A stretch of 64,000 nt of DNA from assembly GCA_000004985.1 (NCBI GenBank), contig GG738872.1; one strand, 5' to 3'. Made by a program: the position numbers and the translations under genes. The notes below the pieces were generated by a model. It was not told where the DNA came from and did not search any database. It worked only from the letters and a program-made list of their open reading frames with translations. Source of the DNA: Naegleria gruberi (taxonomy: Eukaryota). Shown here piece after piece: positions 36,597-46,681 of the stretch (its first letter is position 1; every line of letters starts with the position of its first letter).

Positions 36597-37949
36597 ATGA
36601 CAAGTAGTATCCTCAATGATGTTCCCATCTCGGAAAGAAAACGTAAAAAAGCTTCCTGTGGCAAAATATGTTGCCGTCTCATGATCTGTCTCTTAATTTT
36701 TGCTTTAATTTTAATAGCTGTCATTGCTGCTATAATTTTAATTGCTTGGTTCACTTTGGGAAGTGTTTTATGGGACGTGGCTTTTGCTGTTGATATTAAA
36801 ACTGATTGTGATGAATTTAGAGGAAATTCACCATCCAATTTTACGATTAATTATCGTTGTCCATATTTTATTCAACCTACTTCACAGTGGACTGAAAAAT
36901 TGGCACCATATTTTGTGGATTCAGCAAATTTGGAAACTGTCGATTTTTATAGTAGAGATGCTTCGTGGATTGAAGGTGGAATTGGTAAGTTTGTTTTATT
37001 TCAATCACATAATGGAAAGATTACAATATTTTTTTCACACATTGTACAAAAAAGGAAAGGCACATATTGTTGCAACCTTGTACAAACAGGCAGTGATTAA
37101 TGAAACTTCTAAATTCATTGTAACAATTCATGGTTATAGAGTTTGTAGATATAGATATGAAACAATGTTAGCAAGTACAATGCTTTACAAAATGGGTTAC
37201 AATGTTTTACAAATTGATTTGAGAAATCATGGAGATTCTGGAGTTTTCTCTAAAATACCATATGTTACTTTTGGAAGTTTTGAACATTTGGATGCTTTGG
37301 GAGCTGTTGATTATCTTCAACAAAGATATCCATTTTTGGGAAATAATTCATTTGGATTATTTGGTACTTCAATGGTATGTTTACAAGATTGTTTACAAAA
37401 TATTTAAAAAATTTACAAAATAATGAAATATATAATTATTAGGGTGGTGCCACTTCACTTGTTGCATTTGCCAAGGATAAGAGATTTAAGGTTGCCTTTG
37501 TAGATAGTCCTCCATGTGATGTCTATCAAACAATTTATTACGGAGCTCAAGCTATTGCTGGTAATTCATTGGCAGATGTTGCTATGAATTCAATTAGGAG
37601 TGTGTTACCAGTTAAATCTCCATTAATGGGCTTCCCACCATTTTACAATGATGTAAAGGAATTATTGAATGGAGTTGACTTGTCGAATGGACGTAAAATA
37701 TTCTTCATGCATATTGAGGATGATATTGTAGTGCCAACTTTCAATTATTACACTTGTAGAAATGCTACAATGAAATCAATTACAGCCAATGGATATCCAG
37801 AAACTAATATGGAATCTTTCTTAGGAACTGTCGATTATCCATTCACTAATAGAACTAGAACTTATTGTAATAAGCATTTGGCTTATCAATTCTTGAATTT
37901 GGACTCGTTTTATAGCATGTTACAAAAGTTTTTCAAGGCCAATTTATAA
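36597..37949 (+). CDS. N-terminally membrane-anchored alpha/beta-hydrolase fold protein. Exons: 36597..36984, 37055..37374 and 37443..37949.
   Basis: A TM helix (LMICLLIFALILIAVIAAIILIAWF) precedes an HG motif (IHGYRV) and the nucleophile elbow GTSMGGATS, which spans exons 2 and 3. Introns are 36985..37054 (GTAAGT...AAAAG) and 37375..37442 (GTATGT...TTATTAG), with phases 1 and 0. Stop is TAA at 37947-37949. Confidence 0.7.
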
Positions 37950-37983
37950 ATATGGTGCTGTTGTATATTAATTTTAACTGTGC

Positions 37984-39414
37984 TTAGTTATTGTACTCAT
38001 CGTAGAATACTGATTCTCTATTGACAAGATTTAAGGTAGCCTTTGGCTCTGTCGAAATCTCTTCCAGGCAGTAATCTTCCAATACATCTTCACTGAAATA
38101 GGAAAGAATTAATTCTTCACACAATTCATCACTTTCAAATTTTTGATCCCCAGAAATGAACAAATGTTGAACTGAGGAGTTTCTAAGGAAAGATGTGTTC
38201 TTGTTTTCCTGTAAATAGTCAATCATGTGTAATGGAGTGGTACTGTCAAGTACTAAATGGGTCAAGTGATTAACAGTTCTGAGATGTTGAAAACATTCAC
38301 CACGTATGCTCGACAAATCACCAGTAATATCCAAACATTCCAAATATTCGAGTTCTTTGAATATTCTTGAAATAATATTGTCTGAGAGGTGGGACTTTAC
38401 TTCCGTATTTGCTTCCGTATTTGCTGTTTGTTGTATGTCGATAATAAGAGTTTTGAGATTTTTCATTTTGAGAATATGCTCAATAATTTCTATATCCAAA
38501 TTGGTAGATTCCCTTATTTCTAGGTATTCAATTTGTTTAGGATAGAATGATAGGAACCAATTTCCAAAAATCAAATTGCATCTCTCCATGACAACTTTTT
38601 TCAATTTCTTTGATTTAAAAAGTGTTGATTTGATTGTTTTAGGATTTGAAGTATTGGTTGTAGAAAAATCACAATATGTTAATCCAGACAAGTAAACTTC
38701 TTCCAATTGTTGAAAATGAAAATCTGTTGGGACAACATATCCTTTTGCTGGACCGCACAGCATATTTTCTGAACTATTGACAGTTAATCTCTTTAGAGTT
38801 TTGTATGTTTTCTTTTTGATTGACTCTAATTCAAGTTCTAATATTCCTGTTTGTTTGAGTGTTAATTCTTCAATGACAGGGCACATTGATAATACTTTAG
38901 AAATAACATCTGCAGAGGACGAATCAACATGATTTGCTCTCAAAATTTTCAAGTTTGGCAATTTTCTAGTTTGCAATAAATACATGTAATCAGTTACCAT
39001 AGAATCATTACCATCAAAATCAATTATCAAATTATACCAATAATCACCAGTATTTTGGATAATCTTTTTGATTCTTTCCACATCTTTCACATCATACTTT
39101 AAATTAATATCAATCACTCTTTCAACACGTCTCTTCTTTCTTCCCAAATCAACAAATGGCCTCTTGAAATGACAATATGCAACATTTCTCCAAAGCAAAT
39201 AATCATTCGGATCTTGATCTTGATTCCCCTGATGATCATCAAATGGCAAAATAATTGAATGAAAATATTTACAAACTCTTGCCAAAGGAATCAACTCGAA
39301 TAATGTAACAAACGACAATATTGATGTAATATTCTCGATCGGGAGATTCAACAAATGTACATCATGAGATGATCTTTCTGATGATGAATTTTCCCCTTCA
39401 TGTGATGCCGCCAT
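37984..39414 (-). CDS. F-box / LRR protein, single exon, 476 aa.
   Basis: ATG at 39414. The F-box-like motif is LLNLPIENITSILSFVTLFELIPLARVCKYFHSII. It is followed by LRR-like repeats (LKILRANHVDSS..., LEYLECLDITGDLSSIRGECFQHLRTVNHLTHLVLD). Confidence 0.65.
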   Translation of the reverse strand: MAASHEGENSSSERSSHDVHLLNLPIENITSILSFVTLFELIPLARVCKYFHSIILPFDDHQGNQDQDPNDYLLWRNVAYCHFKRPFVDLGRKKRRVERVIDINLKYDVKDVERIKKIIQNTGDYWYNLIIDFDGNDSMVTDYMYLLQTRKLPNLKILRANHVDSSSADVISKVLSMCPVIEELTLKQTGILELELESIKKKTYKTLKRLTVNSSENMLCGPAKGYVVPTDFHFQQLEEVYLSGLTYCDFSTTNTSNPKTIKSTLFKSKKLKKVVMERCNLIFGNWFLSFYPKQIEYLEIRESTNLDIEIIEHILKMKNLKTLIIDIQQTANTEANTEVKSHLSDNIISRIFKELEYLECLDITGDLSSIRGECFQHLRTVNHLTHLVLDSTTPLHMIDYLQENKNTSFLRNSSVQHLFISGDQKFESDELCEELILSYFSEDVLEDYCLEEISTEPKATLNLVNRESVFYDEYNN

Positions 39415-39598
39415 TTTTTTCTGTTTAAAAATCTCAATTTCTGCTATTTAGTGGAAATCAAAAAAGTGGATTTCTATCAGTAATTGTAAAGTATTGAGAC
39501 AACCTTGAACTGAACATTTGTAAATATGTTGTGTATTGAAATCTTATTGTAAAGTTGAAAAAGTTGCTGTGGTGCACTAAAGATTCTCATAAAAAAAA

Positions 39599-41351
39599 AT
39601 GCAAAAGCTCATTTCGACTTTTTTTCGATCATCTCCCGAATCAAGTGCCAGCTTTGACACTTCAGAAAAACCAAAACCAAGACTTCATAACCAAGGTGAT
39701 TCCAAGGCGATTGTATTCCTAGGAACAGGTGGTTCAGGAAAGTGTACGTAAAAAGTTTACAACAATTATTTATTCAACAATTTTTAATTTGTTTTGTAAA
39801 TGTTAAATAGCTGCAATTTTTGTACAAATGTTTATAGAGAAGGATGATTTGGAAAAGAGAAGAACCATTCTACATGAAACAATTTTGGAATATTTTGACA
39901 TGGTTTCAATTAATACTTCTTTTGGGAATGCTCAAGCTTGCACGAAAATGGATGAATTTTTCGAGGAATATTCTAGATCGGGACCAAAGACGCTATCGGC
40001 AAGCAAGTTTTGGACTCAGGATTTTGCAGATAATTTGTTCGAGTTGTTTTACGATTCTGGATTTCAAGATTTGATTCACCAAAACCGTTCGAAACTCTAT
40101 TTACACGAGAATATTGCCTATTTCATGAGGAAGAAGAATTTTGAGAGGATTAAACACTTGTCCAAACTCAACATTGAAGATTTATTGCGAATAATGATTA
40201 AAACCTCTGGCATCTCATCATTTTCTCCAATTAAAGGAATAACCCTGTGTGATACTGGTGGACAAAGAACTGAAAGAAAAAAATGGAATAAGATTATAAG
40301 TAATCATGGCAGCAATATTGTAGAATGTCTGGTTGTTTCATTGGCAGAGTTTGATGAGGTTTGCTATGAGGACGATGTCACTAACAGGTATGAGGAAAGC
40401 TTGACTTGTTTTAGGGAGGAATTTGTGAATACAAAAGACTTGACCATTCTCTTTACAAAATATGAAGTGTTGAAAAGGAAGGTTTCTGATGGTGTTCGAT
40501 TTTCGGATTATGTTTCAGAGTTTAGTGGAAATGATTCGAATGTAGAGGAAGTTAGAGATTTTATTATTGGAAAGTATGTGGAATTGGATACGGAGAAGAA
40601 GATTAGAAAGTTTATTGTGGTTAATTCTGCATTTGATCATTTGGAATTGCAACAGGTTTTTAATGAAATTACCGAAACTAATTCATTCGATTCATATTTT
40701 GATGAATATTTGAAGAAACTTGATTTGGAAAAGCAAACTGGTGGTGATGTTGGAGAAGGAATACATGAAAATATTGAGAAGTGGACAGCCAGACCATTAT
40801 TGGAAGATGAAATTCTACAAATTTCCAACTTTTTGGAACTTGATGACTTGCTTAATATGAACCAAGTTTGTAAAATGTGGAATCATGTGACTTATAGAGC
40901 ATCTCTGATATTGAGAAGACCAAATCTCGATTTGTTTATCAATTCAGGTTATGAATTTGTTAAGAGCTTGACTCTTCAATCGAGATTTGTACAGAAAAGA
41001 CACATTGAGGCTCTTACTCAACCAAAATTTGCACAATTGGAATATTTAGATTTGCGAAATAATTATCTATTGAGACAAGAAGATTTTGATAAGTTATTTG
41101 GAAAAACTGATTTTAAACATCTAAAAACGCTCTTGTTGGATTATGTTGCATTACAGGATTTGAAATTTCTTCAAAATTCTGCGTATTTGAGACTGCATGT
41201 TCTTTCTTTGAATGGAGTGAAAGGAATTAGCACAGAACAGGTTATTCAGCTCATCAAGTCTCCAAGCTGTCAAGAACTGAAGGAGGTCAACACTAAAAAT
41301 TGCCCAAACACTAATACAGAGATTCTCAAAAAAGAGTTGAAAGTTCCGTGA
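39599..41351 (+). CDS. Fusion protein: heterotrimeric G-alpha-like GTPase domain (Ras-like plus helical domain) followed by an F-box and leucine-rich repeats. Exons: 39599..39743 and 39811..41351.
   Basis: Exon 1 ends in the P-loop (KAIVFLGTGGSGK|S). The intron at 39744..39810 (67 nt, GTACGT...AAATAG) is phase 1. Exon 2 has the G-alpha helical-domain signature (YLSKLNIEDLLRIMIKTSGI), which aligns with the switch-I region of Gi-class G-alpha subunits. Switch II is DTGGQRTERKKW. Then come a canonical F-box (PLLEDEILQISNFLELDDLLNMNQVCKMWNHV) and LRRs (LEYLDLRNNYLL...LRLHVLSLNGVKGI). The NKxD and TCAT guanine-specificity motifs are not recognisable. Stop is TGA at 41349-41351. Confidence 0.7.
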
Positions 41352-41438
41352 CAAGATTTACACCATGACATACAATTACCATAAATTTTAAAGGCACCTT
41401 ATTTACAAAATAAAATTAAATTAAATTTTAGCTTTTTT

Positions 41439-41442
41439 AAAA
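41439..41442 (-). terminator. Pol III T-run terminator downstream of the tRNA gene (minus strand).
   Basis: The minus-strand sequence directly after the tRNA 3' end reads ACAGTTTTAAAAAAGC. Confidence 0.4.
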
Positions 41443-41446
41443 CTGT

Positions 41447-41519
41447 TGCTGACGGACGGGATCGAACCGGCGACCAATGGCTTATTAGACCAACGCTCTA
41501 CCGACTGAGCTACGCCAGC
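41447..41519 (-). tRNA. tRNA-Ile, anticodon AAT (read as IAU), 73 nt, no intron.
   Basis: The minus-strand sequence is GCTGGCGTAGCTCAGTCGGTAGAGCGTTGGTCTAATAAGCCATTGGTCGCCGGTTCGATCCCGTCCGTCAGCA. It is a cloverleaf with a 7-bp acceptor stem, D-arm GCTC/GAGC, anticodon loop CTAATAA and T-loop TTCGATC. It closely resembles eukaryotic tRNA-Ile(AAT). There is one mismatch in the anticodon stem (27-43) and one in the T stem (50-64). Confidence 0.7.
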
Positions 41520-42086
41520 TTCACATTGAATATTATGCTTAAATGCTCCGGCTTAAATACCACAATTTTGACAGCTCACACAAGTAAAATAGATTTTAAG
41601 ATTTAGTAAAACTTAAGTACAAGCTATAGCTTTGAAAATACATTTCAAAGGTCTGTATCTTTAGCGCTAAAGATCTTTCCCTTGTCCCTTCTTGCTCAGA
41701 CTTGTAGGAATCTAATTAAGGTGGGCTGTTAGTTGGTTGATTGGATTGTGAGTTTGATTTTGTTGTGATTGTTGAGACATTTTTGTTTGGGCAATTGATG
41801 TTGATAACATGTTCCACTACAACAGTTACACAACCAAAAGTAATTAAATATTCACCCAATCAAATAATTCCCTATTTTACAAATCTCTTCTGTTTCAATT
41901 TCCAATTGTTGCTTGGACACAACAATACAAATTTAATCACAAATTGTAAACTTGACACACGAACTGTATTCTTTTGCGTAAAAGGAACTTCCATCTCATT
42001 GAATAGTCATCGTCCTTTCATGTAAATTAGGCAGTGATCTACTATTCAAATTGCTAAAAAAAATAAAAAACAACATAACCATCAAG

Positions 42087-43991
42087 ATGGCGAAACTGTT
42101 GCAACAGCACAATCATTTCATTAGCTCATACGTGCTGATGGTCGCGATTTTATTTATTGTCGTTGTCTTGATGATGAGTGGCCAAGACATGAATCAGGTC
42201 GAGGCAAAAATACAACTTCAAACAACCTGTTGTTGTCCTGCACAATTTAATTCTACCATTGTATTGAGTGGTGGTGGTGAAAAAGATGTGCATGTTGTAA
42301 ATCCATCACACGATTTGATATTTAGCTATTCTACTTATGAAGCTCTTTCATTGCCAACTTATGAATGGAAATCCACTGATATTGATTTGAGTGGTTTGGC
42401 TTGTAATAGAAGTTTCCTTATAATTCCCAAGACTAAACTTATGCTATTTGAAAAACAATTAACTGTTCAATTGATCATTAGAGAAGGTTGCTCAAAGATC
42501 TCTAATCCTTCAATTTCCTTCACTTTGAATACACCTCCAAGTGTTGGAACCTTGTCAATTACTCCAAGCAGTGGTGTTGCTTTGGAAACTGTTTTCACCT
42601 TGACATGTAACGGTTCTTCAGTTTCTAATAATCCTCTTACCTACAGATTCTTTTACTTGGACGAATCCAATTCAGTATGGAAGCCACTAAACGAAAGAAA
42701 TCAAGATTCAACTCTCAGTTCCACTCTCCCTCTTGGATCCAATTCAAGCAGCACACAAGTTTTGAATATCAAGGTTATTGTTTATGATTCTGTACTTGTT
42801 TCCTCTGAAAAGCAAATGACTGTCATTGTCTACAAACCTTCCTCAATCAGCAATACTACACTGTCTGACATGTTACAAAAGGCCAGCTCCAAATCAGTTT
42901 CGTCCTCCTATATTTCATCCACTTTGGATGCAATTACATTTTTTATTGCATCATCCACCAATGTCCCTAGCAATATGAAACAAATTATGAGTGCAATCAA
43001 TGCAGTTGTCGTTTCCTATGTTGATACTCTTCAAAATATTGGTCAATTCACATCTGATAATGGTATTTCCACTGTTTCTGCCATCTCTTCAATCAGCTCA
43101 TGTGTGGAATATGTTCAAGATGCAGAAAGTACATCTTCTATCATTAAGAAATTGAGAAATTTGACAGAGGAAGCAGCAACTAGCAGTTCTTTCACCTTGG
43201 ATGATGATTATTTGTATCTCATACAAAAGACAGCAAACAAATTCCTTCTCCATGTAAAATCATCCAATGATTTAAAAGAAATTGAAAATATTTACCCATT
43301 AGTTGGTAAATCTTTCATGAAAAAGTCTGTTCCAGATATGCCAGCAATTACCTTTTCTAATACCATTCAAATATGTTATTGGAGAAAGGTATTGGTTTCA
43401 TCCTTGACAAGCATTGTTGGAGAATCCATTGATAATAACGGAAATAAGATTTCAATACAATCTGGATTAGCAACACACCCGTCAGTTTCACAATTGAACT
43501 ACATTACATTAGCTTTGAAAACTGAATCCCCTACCGACAGGTTAATCTTTGACTTTTCAATACTTGAATTTGATAATGTCTCATCAGATAAGAGCCTCAT
43601 ATCAGTATTCTTTGATACCACTTTTCCTTTCTACTATTGTTCCTATTGGGATAATGCATGGAATCAGACAGTGGCTGGAGGTGCTTGTAATATTAATTAC
43701 TCAGGAAAAAGTTCAATTGGCACCATCTCTGCATCAATTGAAAAGACTGGTCGATTTTCCATTATCCGTGATCCAGGAGAGGGAGGAGAGAGCTTTATCA
43801 GGAATAATTATGATTTGTTTGCCCTATTTGCATTGTTGATTATTCCAATTGTGTGCATAATTATTGTATTATTGGTGGCCATTTACTTGTTGAGAAAGAG
43901 AAAGATCAAAACCAACTTGGAAAATAATGATGTTGATATTGTGAATGTGCGTGAACCTAAACAAACACTTATCAGTAATCAACACTTTTAA
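42087..43991 (+). CDS. Single-pass type-I membrane protein with a REJ-like (polycystin / receptor-for-egg-jelly type) module, a Ser/Thr-rich stalk, a C-terminal TM helix and a short basic tail. It is a paralogue of the C-terminal part of the giant protein.
   Basis: ATG at 42087; [30 protein letters not shown] is a signal or anchor. The segment [27 protein letters not shown]...[59 protein letters not shown]...NIKVIVYD aligns residue-by-residue with the giant protein segment YAWSSSDLDLSSV...ADITFTVNAPPTVGILEVNPTTGVALKDEFQIKCGNGWYDPQVPLSYEFLYKLTTDSTW...DIKVVVYD. The C-terminus is [32 protein letters not shown]. Confidence 0.65.
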
Positions 43992-44069
43992 AAATATAAA
44001 TCAAAATCATGTAATTAACAAATCCTTAATAAAAATAAACTGTTTTAGTAAAGATCTTAATTAAAAAAT

Positions 44070-44459
44070 ATGATATCACGAATTTCTATATCAAATCATA
44101 AGTTAACATCCCTCTCTCATTGTAAGGCCTCTCTCAACTGTTCAAGATTAACCTTTCCAGCCGTAATAGTATCAATTAGTACTGACCTATCAGAAAGAGT
44201 AATGATATCTGCCTTAGTTGCCGATCTCACTTTCAGTAAGGTGGAAGGAACCCTCTCCTTGCCAATTCCAACCACTGTCAAAGCTGAAGGAAAAGCTGTA
44301 ATTGACTATGATAATGTGGTCTATATGGTTGCAGCAGGCATTCTTGCAGTCTGGTTAACTTCAACTTTGGTGGGAACTTTTTTGATTGTCTTGGTCAGCT
44401 TGATTGGTGCTTTGTGTTGCTACAGAAAGAGAAAGAGACTCTCTCCTATGAACAGTTAA
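44070..44459 (+). CDS. Small hypothetical membrane protein (129 aa) with a C-terminal TM helix and an RKRKR tail.
   Basis: ATG at 44070. The C-terminus is VVYMVAAGILAVWLTSTLVGTFLIVLVSLIGALCCYRKRKRLSPMNS. No conserved domain was recognised. The tail style resembles the tails of the REJ-like proteins. Confidence 0.3.
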   Translation: MISRISISNHKLTSLSHCKASLNCSRLTFPAVIVSISTDLSERVMISALVADLTFSKVEGTLSLPIPTTVKAEGKAVIDYDNVVYMVAAGILAVWLTSTLVGTFLIVLVSLIGALCCYRKRKRLSPMNS

Positions 44460-44460
44460 T

Positions 44461-45153
44461 TTATTTCAAATACATGCCATATTCTTCATCATATTCTGCA
44501 ATGTACTGATCTATTTCATCTTCTTCCTCATCTTCCAAATTTTCACCACTAGTTGTCTTTAGTAAGGTACTTGCTTTGGATTTTTCCAAACTGATGGATG
44601 GTTTTGAATTCTTCTTCTTTTTCTTTTTAATTTCCGCACCTTGGGATGTTTCATCAATAGGTTCTGTAGGATTTAAGTAAGAATCGATAATTGGGAAAAT
44701 TTCCTTAGAGGTGATCAGATCAATTCTCTTATTCTTATCCCAAAATACATGTTCATCTCTATAGATCAAACTCTGAATACGATGTTGAGGCAAATCTTCC
44801 TTCAATTCACTATTCTCATATTCACTGTAAGAGATGAACACATCTCCTTCAAAACGATCCTTATAGATCATGGCTAAATTTTGCATGACATCTGCCAATG
44901 ATTCATCCCAATTCAAACGATCAATCACCTCTTTGCATGTTTGAAAACGTTCCTTTTTCTGATTCATCAATTCTTCTTCCTCCTTTGAAAGTGGAGAAGA
45001 GCCACTACTTTTCTTGTAATATTCCATCATGGAAGGAGAGGAGGAGAGATGACTCGGAGAGGAAGAAATTACATCAGAATTTGCATTGGAAGATGATCTA
45101 GATCTTGACGATGAAGAAGAAGGTTGAATAAAACGAGGAATACTTTGGGACAT
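44461..45153 (-). CDS. Hypothetical conserved protein (230 aa) with a Ser-rich N-terminus and an acidic C-terminus.
   Basis: ATG at 45153. The central block (CKEVIDRLNWDESLADVMQNLAMIYKDRFEGDVFISYSEY...HRIQSLIYRDEHVFWDKNKRIDLI) looks like a conserved small domain, but no family could be assigned from memory. Confidence 0.45.
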   Translation of the reverse strand: MSQSIPRFIQPSSSSSRSRSSSNANSDVISSSPSHLSSSPSMMEYYKKSSGSSPLSKEEEELMNQKKERFQTCKEVIDRLNWDESLADVMQNLAMIYKDRFEGDVFISYSEYENSELKEDLPQHRIQSLIYRDEHVFWDKNKRIDLITSKEIFPIIDSYLNPTEPIDETSQGAEIKKKKKKNSKPSISLEKSKASTLLKTTSGENLEDEEEDEIDQYIAEYDEEYGMYLK

Positions 45154-45964
45154 TTTCTACTATTAACTTGTTGATATCGGAAGGATGAGAATTTTCTATA
45201 CAAAATACTAATACTAATAATAATACTATAAATTACAAAATATAATACACTCTAATGTTACAAAATATATTGATAACTAAAAAACAAAAAAAGTTCTTCT
45301 TTGAATATTGTACAAGAGATAAGTAGGAATTTAAAGCAAAACTAGAATGATGAAAAAATCAAGTCTATGCTTTTTTTTTGAATTTTTTATTTAAAATTAA
45401 AAATAACTTTTGTTTTTATGGATGATGTAAATCAATGAAGATCTTTCAAGGTTGTAAACGTTTGATCAAACTTGAATTTGATTCGTTGTGAGTGAAATTG
45501 AGGAAATGGAAAATTCATAACAAATATCTGATTTGCTTATTACATTTTTTGCATTATACAAAGTGAATGATTTGATTCCCTATCAATTATTAATTGGCTG
45601 AACTCATATCTTCTCCTTCAATCTCCTCTTCGAATTAATAACCTCAAAATTCCAATAAAGTATGAATTGACCGAGACATCATATTCAATAAAAGGTGATT
45701 CAATTTCCATACTAAATTTTCGCTTCATTTATAAAATAGGCAAAATTTTGCAAGCATTTATATTTTTACTGTCTAGATTTGTACCTGATTCGAACCATTT
45801 TAACTATTGACAAGAATACGAATCAAGTAATAACATACACCCATTGCTTGTATCAACCCATTTATCCCATTCTTCCTTAAATTCAACAACATCGAGCTGG
45901 AGACAGAGAGTATGATGATTCGAAACTGAAAATAGAGGATGCAATGAGGGAGGAGAATGCATCG

Positions 45965-46681
45965 TTATTGAAGATGGTGCTTTGTGTGGAAATGTTGTTC
46001 TTGTGGGTGAATTGGAGGTATTGGGGCATGTTGTTTCGTTAGGTTTAGTTTTGTTGTTGAAGAAACGTTATGGAAAGAGGTGAAAGAGTTAGTTTGGAAA
46101 GTTTCTAATAGATTAGCCTCATCTTGTTGAATAGAATTTGAGAAATTGGTGGGTGTATTGTTGGAAAGTCCACATTCAGAGGAAGTATTACATGCTCCAA
46201 CAATAGAATCATCATGATTCGAATAGCTATTAGAAAAATCAGGTGAATGTATTCTCATCTTTTTAGATTTACCAATCTTTGAATTATTGAAAGACAAGCA
46301 ATCAGGTGAGCATGCTGTATTAATAAATTCCAATGATGAAGAACAAGCAGAATGTTTCTTGACAGCTGCTTTACGTTTGACATTTTCCTTCACATCAGCT
46401 CTCTTTGCAAGAACAGATGCTCTCTTTGACGGATCTGATCCAACAAAAGCACCACTCTCTATATTTTCATCTCCACAAACTCTGTACACTGAAAATTGGC
46501 CATCATTTAAACTTGGCTTACATGTGTCATCATGTTGATGTGTGGCAGGTTGTGCAGATGATGAATTAACACTTAGCACAAAATAATTCTTCAACAGGTT
46601 TGGAATAACTAGCTGTCTTCTGATTCTAACCTTCTTGAGAGCACTGGTTGATGTCTTTTCATTTCTAACAACATTTGACAT
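45965..46681 (-). CDS. Hypothetical Ser/Cys-rich basic protein (238 aa).
   Basis: ATG at 46681. Low-complexity composition with no recognisable domain. Coding status was judged only from ORF length and local codon usage. Confidence 0.35.
   Translation of the reverse strand: MSNVVRNEKTSTSALKKVRIRRQLVIPNLLKNYFVLSVNSSSAQPATHQHDDTCKPSLNDGQFSVYRVCGDENIESGAFVGSDPSKRASVLAKRADVKENVKRKAAVKKHSACSSSLEFINTACSPDCLSFNNSKIGKSKKMRIHSPDFSNSYSNHDDSIVGACNTSSECGLSNNTPTNFSNSIQQDEANLLETFQTNSFTSFHNVSSTTKLNLTKQHAPIPPIHPQEQHFHTKHHLQ

Noticed and set aside
36548-36838. Minus-strand ORF antisense to exon 1 of the alpha/beta-hydrolase gene.
   Set aside because: The sense strand carries a TM anchor plus a hydrolase fold joined by two clean introns. 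The antisense ORF has no features.
41741-42025. 94-aa ORF upstream of the REJ-like gene.
   Set aside because: It begins with a non-ATG codon in the 5' flank. Its translation is low-complexity and Cys/Phe-rich with no domain. It is more likely promoter or 5' UTR sequence.
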